26,546 bases of DNA from Pseudomonadota bacterium (GTDB lineage: Bacteria; Bdellovibrionota; FAC87; UBA2466): the NCBI GenBank assembly GCA_043718025.1, contig JAYSWN010000130.1, forward strand, positions 1 through 26,546, read 5' to 3'. The notes beneath the pieces are model-generated. The model was not told the origin of the DNA and did not search any database. It saw nothing but the letters and a program-made list of their open reading frames with translations. Below are positions 1-9,697 of the stretch, one piece after another. Positions within the stretch are counted from its first letter, which is position 1. Every line of letters starts with the position of its first letter. The translations under genes and the position numbers were made by a program.

Positions 1-840
1 AAGACGATAAGTCCAGCCAATGTACGACAATCCCCGCACAATCCATTTGGTGGGATCCCAGTGGTACCACTTAATGCCGTTACGGTAGTCACTGGCAAAA
101 TGATGGTGAAAGTTGTGGTAGCCTTCGCCGTAAGCCAAAAGCGACATCACAAAACTGTCTCGCGCCGAGACGCGGTCGCTGTAAGGTTGAGTGCCTACCA
201 TGTGGCAAAGCGAGTTGATAAAGAAAGTGCAATGGTGAATGAGCACCACGCGCACAAATCCGCCAAACGCTAAACCAGTTACCCACGATCCGAGCAGCCA
301 GCCAATGAACGTGGGCAAGCCAAATCCCATTAGCACCGTCAGCAAAGTGATATTGCGATTCTGCCAAGCCACCAAAGGGTCCTGCGCCAAATCGTTATAA
401 TAGGTTGAGGCGTACTTCGGGTTTTCTTTAAGGAAGACCCAGCCCATGTGGGCAAAGAAAAAGCCTCGTTTAATATTGTATGGATCGTCTTCGGTATCCA
501 CTTCGCGGTGATGGCGACGGTGATCCGAACACCATTTCAAAGCCGATCCTTGCACCGAGGCGGCGCCAAAAAGGAGAAAAAACAGTTTCACCCACGGTTT
601 ACTATCGTAACTGCGGTGAGCGAAGAGCCGGTGGTAGCCACCCGTAATGCTCATGCTCGAAGCGATCAGTAACAAGAAGGCGGACAGCAAAATGCGCCAA
701 TCCCACCCATGTTGATGAACCGCCAGCGGTGCCAACACAAAGGCGGCAATCGGACTGGCGATGAGGAACACCGAGTTTACCCATTTAATCTTTTTATATA
801 GGGGAAGGTCATTGAATTCGGGCGTTGAGAATTCAGTCAT
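1..840 (-). CDS. Acyl-CoA (delta-9-type) fatty acid desaturase, 3' end beyond the left window edge
   Basis: Absent from the ORF track because it has no stop in the window. Manual translation from ATG 840 gives MTEFSTPEFNDLPLYKKIKWVNSVFLIASP..., with hydrophobic segments and the three His boxes GYHRLFAHRSY, DHRRHHREVD and GEGYHNFHH, then DYRNGIKWYHWDPTKW. Confidence 0.95.
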   Translation of the reverse strand, partial: MTEFSTPEFNDLPLYKKIKWVNSVFLIASPIAAFVLAPLAVHQHGWDWRILLSAFLLLIASSMSITGGYHRLFAHRSYDSKPWVKLFFLLFGAASVQGSALKWCSDHRRHHREVDTEDDPYNIKRGFFFAHMGWVFLKENPKYASTYYNDLAQDPLVAWQNRNITLLTVLMGFGLPTFIGWLLGSWVTGLAFGGFVRVVLIHHCTFFINSLCHMVGTQPYSDRVSARDSFVMSLLAYGEGYHNFHHHFASDYRNGIKWYHWDPTKWIVRGLSYIGWTYRL

Positions 841-992
841 ACAAAATCCATGTTAGAGGCTGGAAGCCTCGTTTTTAAGAATGATTCAGCGGGCCAGAAA
901 TGATCCCAGGCTCCGGGCAAATTTCAACATTGCTCTCTCTAATGTACCCCTACCGCGCTTGGATTCAACCCCGGTTTTTTAAGAAAATCGGA

Positions 993-1607
993 TCATTCGG
1001 CTTCTAACGAGTAATTGAAGCTAAGGCTAATTCGCGGGGTGAGGCTTTGATTGGGCGGCACTTCGTGACGCAGCCAACTCTCAAACAGCACAAAACTTCC
1101 TGCTTCTGCTTCAACCTGGTGATACAGCTCGCTATTTTTGCCTTCGCGCACCGGGGCATTCATGTAGAACCCCATACGAGGATCCTCAAGCTTTAGTGAC
1201 ACGCTTTCTTTAGGGGCCCGCACATAATACGCACCGCTGATCACAGAATGGGGATGGAGATGCAGCGTGTGATAGGTGTGCCGTGGCATTACGTTCATCC
1301 ATAGGCTGTTCATCTCAAGCTGATTGCCCGCCAATGACCAGCCCTGCGCCCGGGCAAATCTTTCGGCAAGGGGCTGCATCAGCTCGGCGAAACGGGCAAA
1401 GGTGGGGGTGCGGTACTGCAAATCATTTAGCGAGGCGTAAGACGTGTACCCGCCCTTATAGTTTTCTTTACTCCACCCCTGCCCCACTTTGTCTTGCTTT
1501 TGAAATTCAAAAATCTCTTTTTCTAGCGTGCGGTTGAGGGCGGAAGCCTGAGACAAGGTGCCTCGGGCGATGGTGGTGGGAAAAAGCTTCGTAAATTGAA
1601 TAGACAT
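993..1607 (-). CDS. TIGR02466-type putative 2OG-Fe(II) oxygenase
   Basis: Motifs LFPTTI, GYTSYASLNDL, HTLHLHPHSVISGAYYV, LFESWLRHEVPPN and RISLSFNY. Start moved to ATG 1607, which has an AAGGGGA RBS; the 1694 start would overlap the divergent gene. Confidence 0.9.
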   Translation of the reverse strand: MSIQFTKLFPTTIARGTLSQASALNRTLEKEIFEFQKQDKVGQGWSKENYKGGYTSYASLNDLQYRTPTFARFAELMQPLAERFARAQGWSLAGNQLEMNSLWMNVMPRHTYHTLHLHPHSVISGAYYVRAPKESVSLKLEDPRMGFYMNAPVREGKNSELYHQVEAEAGSFVLFESWLRHEVPPNQSLTPRISLSFNYSLEAE

Positions 1608-1650
1608 ATTCCCCTTATAACCAACCCTGGTTTGTTGTAGAACCCCCAAA

Positions 1651-2067
1651 GTGAAAACCGTAAAACCACGGGTGACCGTAGCCAATCCGCGCACGTGGGT
1701 GAAGTACCGCTCCGCTCTTTGTCACGGCTGTCGCGCTGGCTGCTGCACCATGCCCGTGCAAGTGACGCCCGAAGAGCTCTTTCACATGGGTTTTTTAGAG
1801 TACGGCCAGGTGAATGGTCCGTTGAAACGAATAGCCCAAGGGCTCATGAAGCGGGGGATCATCGCCTCGTTCAATGCTCGTACCCGCAATTTCCTTATCA
1901 AACAGCACGCCAACGATGATTGCGTTTTCTTGGATGAAAACCGGCTTTGTAAAATCTACGATCGCCGCCCTTTCATCTGCCGCGAGTTCCCCCGCAATGC
2001 CGTACGTCCTGGCTTTTGCCCTAGCCAGAGAAAAGCGGTAGCGTCGGCGAATGAAAAACAACACTAA
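1651..2067 (+). CDS. YkgJ-family cysteine-cluster (Zn/Fe-chelating) protein
   Basis: CHGCRAGCC followed by CVFLDENRLCKIYDRRPFICREFP, the family pattern. GTG start, overlaps the next gene by 17 bp. Confidence 0.9.
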   Translation: MKTVKPRVTVANPRTWVKYRSALCHGCRAGCCTMPVQVTPEELFHMGFLEYGQVNGPLKRIAQGLMKRGIIASFNARTRNFLIKQHANDDCVFLDENRLCKIYDRRPFICREFPRNAVRPGFCPSQRKAVASANEKQH

Positions 2068-3127
2068 AGGCGAATGGCTGATCTACGGGGCAAATGGGTA
2101 TACGGGAAATCTGATTGCCCGTCGTTGTAAGGAAATTGGCATTACGCCGGTATTGGGCGGCCGCAACGCCGAAACCGTAAAAAAACTCGCCGACGAACTT
2201 GGTTTCAAGAGTCACATTTTTTCTTGCACTAAAGCTGACGACGTCGCCCGCGAATTAAAAAACTATGCGTTAGTTCTTCACTGCGCCGGCCCCTTTATTT
2301 ACACCAGCCCAATCATGACCGACGCCTGCGCCCAATCGGGCTGCAGCTATTTGGATATCACCGGCGAAATTGCCGTTTTAGATTCTCTGCTGCAACAAAA
2401 CGAACGCTTCAAGAAAGCGGGCATTGTCGTAATACCCGGCGTAGGCTTCGACGTCGTGCCCACCGATTGCGTGGCCGCTAAGCTAAAAACGATGCTGCCC
2501 TCCGCCACGCATCTAGTTTTGGGCTTCCAGGCCACCGGCCGGCCGAGCCGCGGCACAATGACCACGATGGTCGATAAGATGGATGCCGGCAGCTGTCGTC
2601 GGGTAGGCGGCAAACTGCAAAAGACAAGCTTAGGTAGCAGAGTAAAGAACGTACGCTTTTTGGAGAAAGAAAAACTGTGCGTAGGCATTCCCTGGGGCGA
2701 CGTCGCCTCGGCTTACTACACCACGGGGATCGGCAATATCGAAGTGTTCAGCACCAGCACTCCGACCATGTTGGGGGTGGTTCGCGTGATGGGCCGCATG
2801 CGCCCGCTGCTCGCCTTTCCCCCACTAAAGGCAGTAATTAAAAAGTTTTTGGGTGCCTCCGGCGTCGGCCCCTCGCCCGAAGTGCGCGCCACCACCTTTT
2901 GCCGTATTTGGGGAGAGGTTAGCGACGGCGTCGGAAACAAAAAAGAGATGCGTCTGCAGACTCCTAACGGCTACGATCTCACCGTTGAATCTTCTCTCTA
3001 CGCCGTGAAAGCCGTGTTAAGCGGCAAGGTGGAGCCCGGGGCGTGGACCCCGTCGAAAGCGTTCGGTGCAGAGTTCGTGATGGGCTTGCCCGGAGTCAAA
3101 GAGTTAGCGGCACCCCAAAACCATTGA
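2051..3127 (+). CDS. Saccharopine dehydrogenase-family NAD(P)-binding oxidoreductase
   Basis: IYGANGYTG Rossmann motif, [42 protein letters not shown]. Confidence 0.92.
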   Translation: MKNNTKGEWLIYGANGYTGNLIARRCKEIGITPVLGGRNAETVKKLADELGFKSHIFSCTKADDVARELKNYALVLHCAGPFIYTSPIMTDACAQSGCSYLDITGEIAVLDSLLQQNERFKKAGIVVIPGVGFDVVPTDCVAAKLKTMLPSATHLVLGFQATGRPSRGTMTTMVDKMDAGSCRRVGGKLQKTSLGSRVKNVRFLEKEKLCVGIPWGDVASAYYTTGIGNIEVFSTSTPTMLGVVRVMGRMRPLLAFPPLKAVIKKFLGASGVGPSPEVRATTFCRIWGEVSDGVGNKKEMRLQTPNGYDLTVESSLYAVKAVLSGKVEPGAWTPSKAFGAEFVMGLPGVKELAAPQNH

Positions 3128-3173
3128 CCCAGAATTAATTTACTTTCGCGGGGTGGCCGGGGTTAATACCGCC

Positions 3174-3524
3174 ATGGCTGAACCACTCTGTCCCCAATGT
3201 TCCTGCGAACACACTTACGTCGACGGAAATTTTTGGGTATGCCCCGAATGCGCCCACGAGTGGAGCCTCGAGGCCACTTTGACCACCGCGAACAAGGCGG
3301 ATGACACTTCAATTAAAGATGCGTTTGGCACTGTGCTTGAGAGCGGAGACGCCGTCGTGGTGATCAAAGATCTAAAGGTGAAGGGCTCGTCGTCGGTGGT
3401 AAAAGGCGGGACTAAAGTAAAAAACATTCGCCTGGTCGAGGGGGTCGACGGCCACAACATCGCCTGTAAGATTGATGGCATTGGCGCCATGAACCTTAAA
3501 TCTGAGTTCGTAAAAAAAGCTTAA
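3174..3524 (+). CDS. yjdM: Zinc-ribbon protein YjdM (PhnA-type domains)
   Basis: [12 protein letters not shown] zinc ribbon, then [24 protein letters not shown] and [22 protein letters not shown]. Start set at ATG 3174. Confidence 0.93.
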   Translation: MAEPLCPQCSCEHTYVDGNFWVCPECAHEWSLEATLTTANKADDTSIKDAFGTVLESGDAVVVIKDLKVKGSSSVVKGGTKVKNIRLVEGVDGHNIACKIDGIGAMNLKSEFVKKA

Positions 3525-3531
3525 ATCACAG

Positions 3532-5493
3532 TTACGAAGACCGCCGCGATGCGTTTTTTTTAGGTCGCAGTGGCAGGCTGGCGGCTACGGCGGGGGTGCC
3601 ACGAATCGCGGTTCGTATCAAACTACGCGGCACCGAGGTAGTCGGCACCGAAAAACCAAACCAACTGCGCACGTCGGCCTCAAGCCCCATGCCGTGCATG
3701 TAATTATACAAAGCCTTGCGTAGCCCGGGAGTGAGCGCCTCGTGATCCACGCCGGTAGTATCCACGAACGCCACGTCGTTTTTTGCAAAGGTGGTGGGCA
3801 CCGGATGCAATTCAATTCCGTAACGATTTGGATCTTTGCCAATCGGGCTGTGCACGGTGCAGGCAAAGCGGTGCCAGTAAGCCGACTGAATGCAGCCCTC
3901 GGCAAATAACTGCCGAACGCGTTCGAGGGCATCCACCGTTTCAGAAATGGTTTGGGTCGGAAACCCGTACATCAAATAAGCGTGCACCATAATGCCGCTT
4001 TGGGTGAAGGCATGGGTCACCCGCGCCACTTGCTCAACGGTAACCCCTTTTTCCATGAGCTTTAAAAGCCGATCCGAAGCCACTTCAAGCCCCCCGCTCA
4101 TCGCCACACAACCGGAGGCCGCCAAAAGTGTGGCGAGCTCGGGGGTAAAACTTTTTTCAAAACGAATATTGCCCCACCAGGTCACGCTCAAACCGCGTTC
4201 GATAATTTTATTCGCCATCGCCGCCAGGGTTTTAGGCGGCGCGGCCTCATCTACAAAATGGAACCCGGTTTGCCCGGTCTCGGCGATGAGTTCTTGCATG
4301 CGATCCACGATGAGATCTGCGCCTTGATCTTCGTACCGCCCGATGTAATCTAAACTTACATCGCAAAAGGTGCACTTTTTCCAGTAACAGCCGTGGGCCA
4401 GGGTGAGTTTGTTCCAGCGCCCATCCGACCACAACCGGTGCATGGGGTTTAACAGTTCACACAGAGATAAATATTGATTGAGCGGCAAGCCATCATAGGT
4501 TGGCGTGCCGCAGTCTTTCAGCGGTATATCGTGCAAGCCCGGTGAACTTTTTAAAACCACTTTGCCGTTTTCACGTAGCATCGTGCGCAGCAATTTTTGC
4601 GGCTCGGCGGGGTGACTAAGCGATTGGAGCAGGTGAAGAAAAGGCGCCTCTCCATCGTCGAAGGTCAGGTAATCCACAAAATCAAAAACGCGGGGGTCAG
4701 AAAGCTCGCGCAACTCGGTATTCACATAACCGCCACCAAAAATAATTTTAACGTGGGGGGCGTTTTGGCGTACGACCTGCGCCATGCGAAAAGCACCGTA
4801 TACATTTCCTGGAAACGGAATCGTGAGGCCGAGGCAATCGGGCTGATGCTTGGCAAGAAGTTCGCGAGTGATCTGGTCTAGATACCGATCCACCAGCGTG
4901 GGCTCAGCCTGCAATGAATCGAGCAGCGGACTAAAGCTCGGCGCACTGGCGGCCAGCCGTTCGGCGTAGCGGGCCAAGCCAAAACGGGCATCGATGCCAT
5001 CGCGAATCACGTCCGCTAAATCGTCCACGTAGAGACTGGCCAAGTGCTGGGCTCGGTCTTGAAGGCCCAAAGAGCCAAAGGCACGATCCAGCCCGTCGCC
5101 ACCCGCGCTTTCGTTCAATACGTTAAGCGAATCAAAGCGGGGGCCACGCGGTAAGAAGGCATCGGCGACCAGTCGGTGAGCCGCCGTGGAGTCTCTGCCC
5201 TGTAAAAAGCGCACTACGCTGTCCACCGTGGTGAGGTACTGCCGCTCGTGCTTTAAGAAAAAACGCACCGATTTCGAAGCGAGATTCTTGTCCTTTAACT
5301 CATCGACCATGTCGCTTACGCCTTGTCGGCTCAATAGGCGGAGCAGAAGTAACAGCGCGGGGTCGGCTTGTTCGCACGTGATTGAGCGTGAACGTAAAAA
5401 ACCGGTTAAATACGCCGTAGCAGGGTATGGCGTGTTTACCTGAGTCATCGGGGGGGTCACTAAAAGTACTCGCACGGGGGCACGAGATAACAT
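3532..5493 (-). CDS. B12-binding-domain radical SAM protein
   Basis: N-terminal TPPMTQVNTPYPATAYL, cobalamin-binding-like IFGGGY region, GCYWKKCTFCD cluster motif, FHFVDEAAPP, WWGNIRFE, GGLEVAS, HAYLMYGFP. Confidence 0.9.
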   Translation of the reverse strand: MLSRAPVRVLLVTPPMTQVNTPYPATAYLTGFLRSRSITCEQADPALLLLLRLLSRQGVSDMVDELKDKNLASKSVRFFLKHERQYLTTVDSVVRFLQGRDSTAAHRLVADAFLPRGPRFDSLNVLNESAGGDGLDRAFGSLGLQDRAQHLASLYVDDLADVIRDGIDARFGLARYAERLAASAPSFSPLLDSLQAEPTLVDRYLDQITRELLAKHQPDCLGLTIPFPGNVYGAFRMAQVVRQNAPHVKIIFGGGYVNTELRELSDPRVFDFVDYLTFDDGEAPFLHLLQSLSHPAEPQKLLRTMLRENGKVVLKSSPGLHDIPLKDCGTPTYDGLPLNQYLSLCELLNPMHRLWSDGRWNKLTLAHGCYWKKCTFCDVSLDYIGRYEDQGADLIVDRMQELIAETGQTGFHFVDEAAPPKTLAAMANKIIERGLSVTWWGNIRFEKSFTPELATLLAASGCVAMSGGLEVASDRLLKLMEKGVTVEQVARVTHAFTQSGIMVHAYLMYGFPTQTISETVDALERVRQLFAEGCIQSAYWHRFACTVHSPIGKDPNRYGIELHPVPTTFAKNDVAFVDTTGVDHEALTPGLRKALYNYMHGMGLEADVRSWFGFSVPTTSVPRSLIRTAIRGTPAVAASLPLRPKKNASRRSS

Positions 5494-5750
5494 TTATTGC
5501 CCGCGGAGTCCAATCGGGCCATCCGGAGAAATCAACGTAAACAGCTAGAATCTAAAGAATTAACCACCTTAAAGTCAGCGTAAGATAAATCTTCATGCTA
5601 ATTTTCAAGCGCTACGATGAGCCTTTTTGCCACTCTCCCCGCGTATAGGCATAGAGGAGGGTCACAACGAAGCACCCTTTTTCGAAAAAAGAAAAAGCCG
5701 CCTTTTAGAAATGACATCCTAGCCAAACATCAACAAAGGCAAGCTTTCGC

Positions 5751-5791
5751 CCGGCCCTCCCGAATAGACTACGGGGAGGGCCGGCGTTTTT
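5751..5791 (+). terminator. Probable intrinsic terminator
   Basis: Perfect 11-bp stem CCGGCCCTCCC (5751-5761) / GGGAGGGCCGG (5774-5784), followed by CG and T5. Confidence 0.6.
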
Positions 5792-5913
5792 GCCCAACGC
5801 TTTGGTTTAAGACAGTTGTAAACGGTTCCTCTTCAAGCCGCTGACTCCTCATGTCATTGCTTGGCCTTCCCCGCTAGCGTGATTCTCGACCAGGCAAATC
5901 GGGGGGAACAATC

Positions 5914-7194
5914 ATGGGAGTTTCGAAACTCGTTGGCGGACTAATGGCGACGCTGGCCGTGACTTTAAGTTCGCTAGTGTCGGCCGGTGAAACCTACGAC
6001 TACCCAGCGAGTGAACCCCTAAGGCCCGATCGCTTGCGGGTCGCCGACTTAGTGCGCTGGACCCAAGAGAACCGGATCGAAGATCTCGATAGCCTTTTGC
6101 AACTCATCAATAAAAAAGGGTACGCAAAGAACCTACAATCGTTTGCGCTGATGCACGCTAGCCGAAGCCTGCACCGTAAGCACATTTCTCCCCTGTTCCC
6201 GCGCGTGATCTTTAGCCACCAAGGGCTTACCGGCGCAGTTACGGGTGACCCCTCTGATCCCGAGAGCTACCAATCTTTGGAACTCGTAGAATTTGACGAC
6301 AAGAAAAATGATTTTGTTTTTAGCCTGATCGAATTCTCTGCAAAAAAAGGCGAAACGGGCAAAGCCACGCCGTCTCCATCAACTTGCACCGAATGCCACG
6401 GCAAAAATCCACGGCCAATTTGGGCGGCTTATCCGGTGTGGCCCGGATCGTACGGAAGTGACAACGATAAGCTGACCGTCGAAGAGCAGAAATTATTCAA
6501 AACTTTTTTAACTTCGTTTAACGACGGCAACCACGACCGTTACAAACTATTTCAGAGCCCCAACAATTTGAATTACCTCGATCCTAAGTCAAATTTAAAG
6601 TTGGGGTTAGAACTCAATTTTCAAAATTATCGCAAAACCAATGCCCAGTTAGTAAACAGCGGAGTGGCAAATCACTACGGCTTTGCCCTGCTCGCGGCAA
6701 GTAAGGGGTGTAAGAATATTTCTGAATTTCTGCCCGACCAACTTGCCCTAGCTCACGAACAACGCCTGGGGATGACCTACGAGCAGCTAAAACAAGCAAC
6801 CCGCGACGCCATTTCCCGCGAAGCCAAAGCCAGGGTAACCCGCTACAACAATTTAATCAGCCCCGAAGATAAAACTCTGGATTACGAGGACGCTGGCCAG
6901 TTTGATTTCACCCGCGCCCACATCACCGCCAAATTGCGTTACCTCATTGAGGGGCAGTCGATGACTCCCGATCTAGAGATGTCGACCTGGGCCTTAAGCT
7001 ACGCTCCCACCGGACGATCGTACTCTTTCTCAAATGGCCATTTCGGCATTGAAGATCTTTACCAACGCGAACTCAAAAACATTGCTACCGCCTCAAAACT
7101 AGGAACCTTTTCCGATGAACAACTAACTGATTGCGATTGGCTCAAAGACGCAAGCGTAGCCCTGTTGAAAACCAATCCACCGATAAAGCAATAA
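5914..7194 (+). CDS. Secreted hypothetical protein with one CxxCH heme-c motif
   Basis: GGGGGG RBS, signal peptide ending ..SLVSA, CTECH followed by PRPIWAAYPVWPGSYGS. 426 aa. Confidence 0.75.
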   Translation: MGVSKLVGGLMATLAVTLSSLVSAGETYDYPASEPLRPDRLRVADLVRWTQENRIEDLDSLLQLINKKGYAKNLQSFALMHASRSLHRKHISPLFPRVIFSHQGLTGAVTGDPSDPESYQSLELVEFDDKKNDFVFSLIEFSAKKGETGKATPSPSTCTECHGKNPRPIWAAYPVWPGSYGSDNDKLTVEEQKLFKTFLTSFNDGNHDRYKLFQSPNNLNYLDPKSNLKLGLELNFQNYRKTNAQLVNSGVANHYGFALLAASKGCKNISEFLPDQLALAHEQRLGMTYEQLKQATRDAISREAKARVTRYNNLISPEDKTLDYEDAGQFDFTRAHITAKLRYLIEGQSMTPDLEMSTWALSYAPTGRSYSFSNGHFGIEDLYQRELKNIATASKLGTFSDEQLTDCDWLKDASVALLKTNPPIKQ

Positions 7195-7374
7195 GTAGCA
7201 GTCCCCCATTAAGCCAGCAACCGCCTGAAAGCTGGGCGGTATTCTGCCAAAGGCGACAAAACTACCACTTCTTTGCAAGAACGAGCGGCTACCTGCCACG
7301 ACCGGACTTTCACCATGACCGAAGCTCGGAATGTCCCCCCAAGCGCAGTGGTTTATGCTATTTCACCACTCCTC

Positions 7375-8772
<1,398 letters not shown>

Positions 8773-8781
8773 GAATCTGGC

Positions 8782-9585
8782 TTAGAATTGATAGCCAACG
8801 AAGAACTGCGCGAAGGGAAGAAAACCGTGGAAGTCGTAATCAATTAGAGTCGAGTCTTGTTTAAAAACCCACTGAAAGCCTACCCCCACGCCAAAGTCCA
8901 TGCTGAATGCTGCCTTGGCGGTGCCGCGCCAAAATATTTGCGTCTTGGCGGCAAACAACCCCAGCGACTCTTTGAGTCCAAAGTAGGTGAGCCCCAAATT
9001 GTAGTAGCCGGGACCAAACTGAATGCCCCAACCTTTAAATACCGAAGACTCGAGGTAGTAAGTAAAATTTAAAAAACCGCCGAGCACGGTGGCCGTGGTG
9101 TCGGCGCTAGCGTACCGGTTGAAATCGAATTCTAGTCCCAGCGTAAAACGCTCGTTGAGTTTTACGTTAGAGGTGATTACGGGGTAAAAATAGCTAGGGC
9201 TCAGGTGCCCGCCTAAGGCCACATCAAAATTATTTTCTCCGCGGTCAACGCGTCGACTGCTGGCGCGAGAGGCGGCAATGGATGAGATGCCACGTTCGGG
9301 GCGCGAGACGCTTACCATCGACCCTTTCATCACGAATCGGGTTTTGTCGCCCATTCCGACCCAAAGTCGATCGGCCGTGGCCATCAACGCTCGCCCGCAA
9401 CCCACGCGTTGGGTGCCACGGTTTAAGCAAATGGCTTCGCCGTTTTTCCACCCTTGCAGCTCGTAGCTTTTTCTAAGCGCTACTCTCTGCCCGACCGCGT
9501 CAACCTCCAACACGGCGGTGTCGGGGAAGGCGAGCAGCGGAAACAGAAAGGCAAGCAGACTGAGAATGAGAATTGGCATGTTCAA
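8782..9585 (-). CDS. Hypothetical outer-membrane beta-barrel protein
   Basis: Signal peptide, small N-terminal domain with a Cys pair, amphipathic aromatic-rich strands, C-terminal FFVGYQF (BAM-type terminal Phe). Start is TTG 9585 or ATG 9579. Confidence 0.7.
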   Translation of the reverse strand: MNMPILILSLLAFLFPLLAFPDTAVLEVDAVGQRVALRKSYELQGWKNGEAICLNRGTQRVGCGRALMATADRLWVGMGDKTRFVMKGSMVSVSRPERGISSIAASRASSRRVDRGENNFDVALGGHLSPSYFYPVITSNVKLNERFTLGLEFDFNRYASADTTATVLGGFLNFTYYLESSVFKGWGIQFGPGYYNLGLTYFGLKESLGLFAAKTQIFWRGTAKAAFSMDFGVGVGFQWVFKQDSTLIDYDFHGFLPFAQFFVGYQF

Positions 9586-9591
9586 TTTCTT

Positions 9592-9600
9592 ATTTTACCA
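9592..9600 (-). promoter_or_regulatory. Putative extended -10 promoter element
   Basis: The minus strand reads TGGTAAAAT (TGn + TAAAAT), 6 nt before the TTG at 9585. Confidence 0.35.
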
Positions 9601-9697
9601 GCTATGAAACTTTCGATGTTGAATTCCATTTTTTACGAGCCCCCGTTGATTGCTTCTTTACCTGCGCGCTAGCCAAGCGCGGCGGAACTGACCATTC

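Noticed and set aside
61..784. Short ORF-track entries at 61, 89, 448 and 602
   Set aside because: They are shadows of the desaturase frame on the minus strand, which the track missed because it lacks a stop in the window.
4370..4400. CxxxxCxxC spacing in the radical SAM enzyme as a novelty
   Set aside because: The CYWxxCxFC form is usual for this B12-radical SAM subfamily.
7220..7240. Hairpin ACCGCC..GGCGGT after the CxxCH gene as a terminator
   Set aside because: The stem is short and there is no U-tract.
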